From positions 1 through 23,075 of the forward strand of contig JBHGNT010000491.1 of assembly GCA_043228905.1 (NCBI GenBank): a stretch of DNA of 23,075 bases, given 5' to 3'. The DNA is from Azolla caroliniana (lineage: Eukaryota; Plantae; Polypodiophyta). This document shows, piece after piece, positions 12,978 through 21,952 of this stretch (positions within the stretch are counted from its first letter, which is position 1; every line of letters starts with the position of its first letter). The notes below the pieces were generated by a model that saw only the letters and a list, made by a program, of their open reading frames with translations, searched no databases and was not told the origin of the DNA. A program made the position numbers and the translations under genes.

Positions 12978-13011
12978 TGAAGACATGTTGGGTCACCAAT
13001 CTCTGAGCTCA
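12978..13011 (+). pseudogene. 3' fragment of the unassigned ncRNA
   Basis: TGAAGACATGTTG...CACCAATCTCTGAGCTCA matches the 3' ends of copy 3 (TGAAGACATGTTGCACCC) and copy 2 (CTGAGCTCA). The downstream flank 13024-13270 is homologous to 20560-20905. Confidence 0.55.
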
Positions 13012-13206
13012 AACTCCTTTGCCTACCATAAGTCCTCTATGTATGGAGAAGATTGAAAACTAGTGCTAATTGTATGTCATGGAGATGGAGATAACTAATG
13101 AGGCATCAAAAACCTCCCAAATTTGGAACCACAAGCAAAAATGGAGCGATTGAAAACCTCTCACAATTTTAAACTTTGTCCTCTAGCACATTGTGCTTAG
13201 TGTGTG

Positions 13207-13387
13207 GGTTGCATAATGACATGTCATTAGCACATCACAATATCAAGCTTAGTTCCTTGAAGATCATGATGGGAAGAGTCGACTGATTAGCGATTTAGGT
13301 TGCATAATGAAACATTAGCATGTCATAGTATTGAGCTCATGAGTTGCTTGAAGATCACGATGGGAAGTGTCGATTGATTTGCGATTT
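13207..13387. repeat. Diverged ~91-bp tandem duplication
   Basis: GGTTGCATAATGA...CTTGAAGATCA.GATGGGAAG.GTCGA.TGATT.GCGATTT occurs twice. A single homologous copy lies at ~20835-20905. Confidence 0.8.
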
Positions 13388-14372
13388 GTCGATGATGTAT
13401 ATTACGATCATCAACCAAAAGAAATTCGGCAATTGCTTGACAATGTGTTGATGCCATGAACCAATAGTAGAATCGAAGCATGAGCACCTCTTTCATGTTA
13501 AAATTGTTGCATATTCACTAAGTGCAAGAATGTCACATTGTAAATATGTAATCGAGAAATGCAAAGAAGCTATGACACTCTTCATTTTTACACATTGTTT
13601 TTTATTTCTTCTTCCAATAGTTCTTGATCTCATATTTCTTAATCTCATTATTTGTGTCCTTTTGCTACTCACTGTTGTTTCTAGGCTAAAGCACCATTTC
13701 AGGACTTCTACAATTGAGCACTCATAGAGAAGTTCCATTAATTATTGGGACATCAAAGAACCTTAATTTCTAATTCCTTACAAGGCTAGTGTGACCATAC
13801 CTATTGGCATTCCCATGTGACCATAGCTAATGAATGCACGAAAGTGAATTCTTGGTTTCCTCATACAATGTCCAAATCGCTTGCTGATCTACCAATCCTC
13901 TTCTTAATGTAATGCCTTGAAAACATGATTTTTTGCACCCATTTCTTATGTAATTACTAGAGACACGAGGAATGGGCATGCTTATTTCTAATCCAACCAT
14001 ACTTAACGATCGTAAATAAGCTAGATTCATTATCTCAAGAGAGGGGACACATTACATAAGAGGAGGATCATAAATGTATTGCACTTTGTATCCGAAAAAC
14101 ATAGTAACAAGATTTGCATTGGCTCAATAGATAGTTAATAATGGTGACATGGGAATCTAATCCCTCACAAGGCTAATGTGACCATAGCTATTAGAATTCC
14201 CGTGTTACCATTGGCTATTGAACCACAAAACAATCGGATTACTAATGACTTAATTAGTGATATATATATATCAATTACTTAAGATAATTAAGACATATTA
14301 TCCCTAATGACAAGAATTGGAGCAGGTTCAAATGACTAATTGTTTGAAGGAACGGTTTTGCAGGAAACAATT

Positions 14373-14414
14373 ATCCCACATGCAAACATTTCAAAATAAG
14401 TGAGCCCTATAAAT
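14373..14414 (+). promoter_or_regulatory. Type-3 Pol III promoter (USE + TATA) of unknown ncRNA copy 2
   Basis: USE ATCCCACATGC at 14373-14383 and TATAAAT at 14408-14414, offset 35 nt. The spacer sequence differs from copy 1 but its length is preserved. Confidence 0.85.
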
Positions 14415-14439
14415 CTAAGGAAGACAACACTTTACGATC

Positions 14440-14539
14440 AGCTGTGAGGACAACGGTGCATTGCAGCCATAGCCCGGCTGTGTGATTATCTTTGATTCCG
14501 CATGAAAGCGGTGATGGCACCCGAATCTGAGCTCATTTT
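14440..14539 (+). ncRNA. Unassigned ~100-nt Pol III-type RNA with C/D-box termini, copy 2
   Basis: AGCT-GTGAGGA...CGGTGCATTGCAGCCATAGCCCGGCTGTGTGATTATCTTTGATT-CCGCATGAAAGCGG-TGATGGCACCCGAAT-CTGA-GCT, followed by T4 at 14536-14539. Confidence 0.75.
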
Positions 14540-14599
14540 GCTGCATAATTAATATATACAGGCATCGCATGTAAATTCATTAGGACCGTGGTACTGTAA

Positions 14600-16826
14600 T
14601 TCATTTTGCAAGGACATAACTCTGGGGTCCTTCCTTTTGAAAGTGTTTGGATTGTGTGTGTTTTGTAAAGGAGAGTTAGACCATCTCTCGGAAAGCTTTG
14701 ATCCCATAGCGGTGACAAGGGGATGTTTGTTGGAGTCGAGCGGAAAAGAGATTATGTGTGAGCATGGACGTACATTTCCGAGAGTCGGAGCCGTAATTAT
14801 AAATGCGAGGTAACTTCACCCTTTGGTAACTCAATTGAGATTGAAAATATGCGGGAAGAAGGAGATAGTGGTGAGAGGTTGCCGAAAATAGGATCAATTC
14901 TTTTGTTGATCGATCCCTACACCAACTGAGAACACAAGTGAGTGAAGAAGAAGGAAAATAAGAAGAGCCAACTTGTATGTGTTGGGACTCGAGCTTAGGG
15001 GGAGCTAAAGGTACATATATACCAAGAGGACTCGGTAGAATGAATGAAATACGAACGCGTCTGTAGTGCCACTTGTGCCATCAAAGTCCCATGTCCTGAC
15101 TTGCCTCGACTTTTGAAATACATATAGAACTCTTGAATCCAAGAAACACAGGTGATATGATTTCCTCTCCTTCTCCTATAATCGTTAGTAGGACCCCTCA
15201 CAGTAATGCAAGAGTCCCTCCTGATCGTTATGGTTTTCCTCATGTCTAAGTTTATCTCTTATTCTAACATATCACCTACACATAGGGCCATAGGGCCGTC
15301 ATTGCATCAATAGACTCTCTCACTTTACCTAAATGTTGGCAAGTTGCTAAAGAAGATACAAAGTGGAAAGAGGATATGCAAGAAGAACTTGAAGCTCTTG
15401 AGAAGAACAAAACATGGGAGATTTTGTCACTACCACCAAGAAAGAAGGCGGTTTGGTGCCAATGGGTGTTTACAGTAAAACAAACCCCATGGGGCAAAAT
15501 AAATCGTTACAAGACATGATTAGTGGGTAAGGGATATAGTCAGACATATGACATTGATTACGATGAGACTTTTGCACTTGTGGCGAAGATGAGCATCGTT
15601 AGGATGCTTATTTCCTATGAGCAAGGATTAGAAATTACATCAATTAGATGTAAAAAATGCATTCCTTCATGGAGAGTTGATGGAGGAAGTGTACATGGAT
15701 ATCCCCTTAGGTTTTGGTACAAGTCAAACAGTAGGCAAGGTTTCTAGACTAAGGAAGTCGCTTTATGGACTGAAGTAGTCTCCTCAAGCCTAGTTCGACA
15801 GGTTAAGAAGGGCTATAGTGGGTATGGGATACCAACAAATCAATGTCAACCATACAATGTTTTTCTGACAACACAAGGAGCATACTACATTACTTGTTGT
15901 GTATGTGAATGATATAATTATCACCGGTGAAGGAGAGATTTCCCAACTAAAGGTGCAATTGGGTAAAGAGTTTGAGGTGAAGAAACTAGACTTGCTACAA
16001 TATTTTATGATTGAGGTAGCTTGTGGAGCAAAAGGAGTTGTTCTATCTCAACGAAAATATGTATTAGATCTTCTCACATAAACTGGAATATTGGGTTGTA
16101 GGCTTGTAGTTTCTCCAATTGACCCAAAGATCAAGTTAAGTGAACTTGTAAGAGAGAAAATTGATCGTGAAAGGTATAAGATATTGGTAGGTCGCCTAAT
16201 TTATCTAACTCACAGTCGTCCATATGTTTCATTTGTAGTAAGTGTGGTAAGTCGTTACATGCATGATCTGAGGAAACATCATATGGATGCAATGTACCAG
16301 ATTCTGAGATATCTCAAAGGTGCACCGGGGAAGGGATTGATCATTAGAAAACATGGTCATTTCAACATTGATGTCTATTGTGATTCTTATTGGGCTAGTT
16401 GTGTTAATAATAGGAAATCCACATCAGGATATTGCATGTTTGTTGGGTGCAATCTGGTCTCTTGGAAGAGTAAGAAACAATCGGTAGTAGTAAGGTCAAC
16501 AATAGAAGCAGAGTATAGAGCTATTGTTGTAGGAGTTGCGAAGATGTTGTGGTTGAGAACTTTCCTAATAAAACGAAGGTTGTGTTGTGACAATAAGTCA
16601 TCAATAAGCATTGCAAATAATCCAATGCAGCATGATAGGACTAAAGACATCGAATCGATGGATTCTTTATCAAGGAGAAGGTTGATAATGGAATATTAAA
16701 ATTGAGCCATGTTTCTACCGAAGATCAAGTAGCAGATTGTCTTACAAAGGGACTTGGGACAATAAGTCTTTCTAGAGTGTGTGACAAGATGGTGTTAGTG
16801 GATATCTTTCGCCCATCGTGAGGAGG
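14600..16826 (+). mobile_element. 5'-truncated degenerate Ty1/copia fragment (post-integrase region, RT, RNase H, PPT)
   Basis: Frameshifted KVFG.VCFV-like motif at ~14640; EELEALEKNKTWE, GYSQTYDIDYDETFA, VYVNDIII (YVDD decayed), YCDSYWA...RKSTSGY, VSWKSKKQSVVVRSTIEAEYRA, CDNKS, HDRTK and DQVADCLTKGL. Stop at 16819-16821, then purine tract GAGGAGG. The left boundary is approximate. Confidence 0.95.
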
Positions 16827-16849
16827 TGTTGATGGGTGGGGGGTTGAGC

Positions 16850-16892
<43 letters not shown>

Positions 16893-17041
16893 ACACACAC
16901 ACACACACACACACAATTTTGAGAGGCAACTTCTTCTATATTCATGTCCCCTGTGGTGGGGTTATATAGGTACATTACATGAGGATCACAATTTAAGAAC
17001 ATCCAATGAGCTTTGTAAGTTAGTTACATAACCTTCTAACA
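16827..17041. repeat. LTR-like segment following the copia PPT, containing (GA)n(CA)n
   Basis: Begins TGTTGA right after the PPT and ends CTAACA. The end position and orientation are uncertain. Confidence 0.55.
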
Positions 17042-17631
17042 ACTTAGACCCATTTTACAACATTGCACACATTCACATAAATTTGCATGTGTTTGCACAT
17101 ATCAATATACTCACTCACTTTTGTGCAGACTTGCACACACTTACAACATGACTTTTAACACAAGACTTATCACTTATCTATTCACGTACCATTACTTATA
17201 CGCTCATACACATACAATCCCACGGATAACAGGGGGGGTATTGAGTTGTAGCCCAATGGTTGGCCAACCCCAACAACTAGTTAGCCCAACCACCATATTT
17301 TGGGCTTTATAAGGAGGAAGCTTCTCCTCCTTATGTTATATAAGTGATCTTTGTCTTTTCTCTCTCCAATTGTAACATATATGTATACTCTTGAGAATAA
17401 GTGAACGGAGAATGTTCATTTTGCAATTAAATTTGGGAAAATCTTATGATCATGTTGATTACTTTAAGCAGTTGATTAGATTTGGAGAAAGCTACAATAA
17501 TTGCAATATGTGTTCATTACTTTAAAGAGTTGATTGGCCCACAATTGTTAATGACAAATGAGGTAAGTAGAACAAGCTATGAATTTTATGATGTGGTTGG
17601 ATGTATTGTATATGACCTCATTAGTGATTAA

Positions 17632-18337
17632 TTGGATCTGGATTTCAAAGAGGATGAGGTGGACATGGTTTTAAGGCATCTTCCTTGTGGTAAGTGCCCT
17701 GGTTGGGGTGGTTTGACAAATGAAGTTTTTAAGCAATATTCAAACATTTTAAAGGGGCCCCTAACTTTGATGTTTCAACGTCGTTGGGATTTTGGTTGTA
17801 TGCCTCAAGCTTGGTATGTTAGTCTCATTAAATTGGTTCCGAATGTGGCATTTCCTGACATATTTACAAAGATCTTGACAAATAGATTATAAACGTATTT
17901 GCCAAAGTTGATACATCCCATCCAATATGGTTTTATTGCAGGCGAGAATATATAATGTGTTGAATGATCAAATGACTATGAATTATGCATGACACACTCA
18001 CCAAGAATCGATTATGGTGCAATTAGGATCGAAGAAAGCTTGTGATCATGTTGTTGAGAATCAAACCCAACTTCCCTAGTGTGGGAACACACCTTAGGCA
18101 ATGCCAAGTGTGTGAACATCCCACGTCTTTGTATCATAACTAATGTGTCATAGAAGTTAAGTCCTATGACGCATAATTACTAAGTAGTTAAGTCTCCACC
18201 TCCTTCCCAAAAGATAGTTGTCGTGAGAGAACATATATGAGAGAAGGTGACTACATAAGCACCTTCTCCACTTCTTTGTAGTTGTTGGTTGTTTTTCTCT
18301 TGTTAATACAATTTTATTGTTTTTCTATATACAGTGT

Positions 18338-18402
<65 letters not shown>

Positions 18403-18780
18403 TCTCTTCCGCTGCACAAAATCACACCCGATTCCTTACACATGTTAATTGAACCTTTGTTTCTGGGTTAATGCATAAAATGGGCTTTGGACCACGTATG
18501 TCTCGTCTCATGTTTTCATTAGGATAAGATGCGGTATCTCGAGTAATGCTTAATGGGGGAATTACATCATATATTTCTCTCACGAGATTTGTTCCTCAAG
18601 GATGTCCACTTAGCCCTTTGTTGTTTGCTATTGTTACTCATCCCTTGTTAGTGATGTTATCAAGGTTCGCAACGAATGGCGACATTATGGGTCTATGCCT
18701 TCCATTTGGTTTGTTAGATGATTCTTTCATGTTTCTATAAACCTCATGAGAGAGTCTTGAGAAGGGGATACTTGTATAGA
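17632..18780 (+). mobile_element. Degenerate LINE reverse transcriptase remnant, interrupted by a solo LTR
   Basis: GKCPGWGGLTNEVFK, IFTKILTNRL, LIHPIQYGFI, KA.DHV|N (split by the LTR), PQGCPLSPLLF and LDDSFMFL correspond to non-LTR RT motifs. Confidence 0.9.
18052..18440. mobile_element. Solo LTR (389 bp) with 5-bp TSD
   Basis: Termini TGTTGAGAAT...ATTCCTTACA, flanked by CATGT at 18047-18051 and 18441-18445. Removing it restores the LINE DHVN codons. Confidence 0.9.
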
Positions 18781-19178
18781 ACCAAATTGCATGTAGTGTT
18801 GTGGTAGGCACATAATTTCTTGTTTATAAAAGTTTTAACTTTTAGGTCACAACCTAGATTTCTTAGAAGATCAAGACCAATGATATGTCGATGATTCCAT
18901 GGACGAAGATGTTAAAAAGAAAGTTTGTCTCAATTGAATTGCATGGGTTTGTATCCATGGAAGTAGTAGTATTCATTGTTCAAAGTACCATATTGTCATA
19001 AACCTAGCAAATAAGTGAAGGGTAATGTTAAGGAGAAGGTGATGCATATATATAAATGGTGTATTGTCAATAATCACCTATTCCAATCTGACCTTGAGCC
19101 ACCATTCAACATGATTTTGCGTCATTTCTTATGTAATTACTAGAGACATGAGGAATGGAAGTGCTTACTAATCCAACT

Positions 19179-19558
19179 CATAGTTCCTAATATTCGCGTA
19201 CGTCCAATTTACTGGACGTACGCGAACGTTTGCAAACGTACGCGTATGATACGCGATATTCGTTTGGTTTTTTTTTTTTTTTTTGACTTTTTTTGGGTTT
19301 TTTTTTTTTTATATTCATAATATTTTGTGAATAGAAGTGACATCTGACACACATACACACACTCTCTCTCTCTCACACGAGAACTGACAGATTTTCTCTC
19401 TCTACAAAATCTAGATATCTAATATACATATTACATACTCCCTCACACAGACAAAACCCATAGCTCCTCTCTCTCTCTCTCTCTCTAGAGTCTAGATATA
19501 CACTCAATCACTGTCTCCTCACACATGCAAAACAGGGCTTCTCTCTCTAGACCACACA

Positions 19559-19601
<43 letters not shown>

Positions 19602-19770
19602 CCTCACACACACACACACACTATGTACACCATATACACCATATGTATATATAATATATCTATGTACCGCGTATGGATTTCAATCATACTTGGAGCCTTT
19701 TCACGTATGAGTATGATACGAATATTGGCGTTTGAGTATGACACGAATGAGACGTATGGCTAGAACTATG
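19179..19770. mobile_element. Non-autonomous hAT-type DNA transposon / MITE (592 bp)
   Basis: TIR CATAGTTC...GAACTATG, perfect 8-bp TSD ATCCAACT (19171-19178 and 19771-19778), subterminal ACGTA/CGTATG motifs. A paralogous empty site is present at 13991-13998. Confidence 0.93.
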
Positions 19771-19915
19771 ATCCAACTATAATTAACGATTGTAAATAAT
19801 GTAGATTCATTATCTCAACTTTCAAGAGAGGACACATTACACACATCCATAGCAAAACAAAAAATGTAAAAAAGCTTTTTAGACTAAAGCCTTGAGAAGT
19901 GCAAGGTATGGAAGG

Positions 19916-20330
19916 CAGCAATGGGCACAACTCGGTTTCTTGCCCTTAAAACCAAACCATTTATTCATAATAAAAACCGAACTAAATTGTTTAAAAAATT
20001 TGAAGCCATTTACACTGAATCATTTAGAACTGAACAATTTAAATCGAACCACTTAAAAGATAGGAGACACCAAACCATTCACGAAAAATTTAGAACCAAA
20101 TCAAACCAAACTGTTTTTGACATAATCCAACCAAAACAGAACTATAGATTAAACCAAACCACAGACTAAATAGAACATCATAATAAACATAAATTTACAC
20201 CACATTTTTTTGAAAATTACTAATTTTTCTAGAACGATAAGATATAACATAAATAAATAAATAAATAAATAAAGTTAAGCCACGATTTAACGGTTTGATT
20301 TGGTTAGAGCCGAAACCATGCCCATCGCTA
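19916..20330. mobile_element. Older hAT-like MITE
   Basis: Imperfect TIRs CAGCAATGGGCA / TGCCCATCGCTA and many internal AAACC(G/A) motifs that invert near the right end. TGGAAGG occurs on both flanks, although displaced by a few bases on the right. Confidence 0.6.
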
Positions 20331-20387
20331 ACATTGGAAGGTGCATGATGCACTGTGCATCCAAATAGTGACTTCCTATCTAAATTT

Positions 20388-20429
20388 ATCCCACACTCAG
20401 ATGTCTTAAACTAAATCAACCTTATATAT
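20388..20429 (+). promoter_or_regulatory. USE + TATA of diverged ncRNA copy 3
   Basis: ATCCCACACTC at 20388-20398 and TATATAT at 20423-20429, again offset 35 nt. Confidence 0.7.
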
Positions 20430-20456
20430 TAGGGAGGAACAAAATCACTAATAATT

Positions 20457-20547
20457 AGAAATGAAGAGATTGGTGCATGGTTGCTTAGCCTGGCTACAAG
20501 TATTAACTTGATTGCATGTGAAGACATGTTGCACCCATTTTAGAGCT
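20457..20547 (+). ncRNA. Diverged paralog (or pseudogene) of the unassigned ncRNA, copy 3
   Basis: ATGAAGA (C-like box), GGTGCA...TAGCCTGGCT...TTGATT...CATGTGAAGACATG...TGCACCC...AGAGCT is colinear with copies 1 and 2. The D box has decayed to TAGA and a T4 lies at 20538-20541. Confidence 0.55.
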
Positions 20548-20664
20548 TATTATGGCAACCCCATAATCTTCTCTTTATGCATGGAGAAGATTGGACTACT
20601 ACTAGAGCTTAGTATGGCAATTCCATAACCTCTCTCTATGCATGGAGAAGATTGGACAATTACT

Positions 20665-20812
20665 AATTGTGTATGTAATGGAGATGGAGATCACTATGAG
20701 TGATCAAAAGCCTCTCAATTTCGGAACCTCACAAGTAAATTGTGTATGTAATGGAGATGGAGATCACTATGAGTGATCAAAAACCTCTCAATTTCGGAAC
20801 CTCACAAGTAAA
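20665..20812. repeat. ~72-bp tandem duplication
   Basis: AATTGTGTATGTAATGGAGATGGAGATCACTATGAGTGATCAAAA.CCTCTCAATTTCGGAACCTCACAAGTA occurs twice. It is preceded by a ~55-bp duplicated TATGGCAA..CCATAA...GGAGAAGATTGGAC unit. Confidence 0.9.
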
Positions 20813-20938
20813 TTTTGTCATCTCTGCTTAGTCGGGTTGCATAATGAAACATTTAGCATGTCCGACAATATCAAAGCTCGATTCCTTGAAGTAAGGTCAC
20901 GATTGAAACTACTAGTGGAATCATGTTGCAACCATTAA

Positions 20939-21287
20939 ACTTGGTATTACCAAGTGAAAATCAGAAGAAAAACGTGATCAATGCTAGTATTAGACACATG
21001 TATGGATCAAATTGATATATAATGTGAGAATTTGGCACCCTACAATGAATTTACTTGGAAGTTGGTATTACCAAGTGAAAATCAGAAGAAAAACGTGATC
21101 AATGCTAGTATTAGACACATGTATGGATCAAATCGATATATAATGTGAGAATTTGGCACCATAAAATGAATTTACTTGGTATTACCAAGTGAAAATCAGA
21201 AGAAAAACGTGATCAATGCTAGTATTAGACACATGTATGGATCAAATCGATATATAATGTGAGAATTTGGCACCATACAATGAATTT
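20939..21287. repeat. Tandem repeat, 3 copies of a ~114-121-bp unit
   Basis: Units start TTGGTATTACCAAGTGAAAATCAG at 20941, 21062 and 21176 and are nearly identical. Confidence 0.95.
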
Positions 21288-21363
21288 TGAGTATTTATCA
21301 TCTACTTCTCCTCCTCTAATTTAAGTACCTTCTTCTGCCACAAAAAAAATTCGCATATAATTC

Positions 21364-21668
21364 CACTTGTTAAAGAAACATTCTGATTTCTTTCTTCTGG
21401 ATGAAAAACAATCAGAGAATAATGCACTTGTTAAAGAATCATTCTGATTTCGTCTTCTGGATGAAAAACAATCTGAGAATAATGCACTTGTTAAAGAATC
21501 ATTCTGATTTCTTTCTTCTGGAAGAAAAACAATCAGACAACAATGCACTTGTTAAAGAATCATTCTGATTTCTTTCTTCAGGAAGAAAAACAATCAGAGA
21601 ATAATGCACTAGTTAAAGAATCATTCTGATTTCGTCTTCAGGAAGAAAAACAATCAGAGAATAATGCA
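21364..21668. repeat. Tandem repeat, 5 copies of a 60-61-bp unit
   Basis: CACTTGTTAAAGAATCATTCTGATTTC.TTCTTC.GGA.GAAAAACAATCAGAGAATAATG at 21364, 21425, 21485, 21546 and 21607. Confidence 0.95.
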
Positions 21669-21782
21669 TGTATGTGATTATCATTTCTTGACCCTTCCAA
21701 TTTCCGCCGCTGTTATATCATTTCGTCAAGAATCTCATTCCACAGTGACCTAATAAAACCAGCGATTGATGACTAGGGAGAG

Positions 21783-21833
21783 AAAATTTTGGACCATTTC
21801 TCGATTTGTGCGTGTCATCCTTGCGCAGGGGCC

Positions 21834-21865
<32 letters not shown>

Positions 21866-21885
21866 TCAGATGTCCCCGAAGGGAC
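21783..21885 (-). ncRNA. U6: U6 spliceosomal snRNA, copy 2
   Basis: Identical to copy 1 over the body. The 3' end reads GGTCCAAAATTTT (one extra A, T4). Confidence 0.99.
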
Positions 21886-21909
21886 AAAGCAATAGCCATT
21901 CTCTGCAGC

Positions 21910-21952
21910 TATATATATACTTACATATCTTATGGGCCTTTGTATGTGGGAC
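21910..21952 (-). promoter_or_regulatory. U6 promoter (USE + TATA)
   Basis: USE GTCCCACATAC at 21952-21942 and TATATATATA at 21919-21910. Confidence 0.95.

Noticed and set aside
12754-13056. ORFs containing [27 protein letters not shown] (also 21789-22001 and 21718-22005)
   Set aside because: These are translations across the U6 snRNA genes, not proteins.
20939-21668. Regularly spaced repeats with a palindrome as a possible CRISPR-like array
   Set aside because: Whole units are repeated with no unique spacers, there are no cas genes, and the context is eukaryotic.
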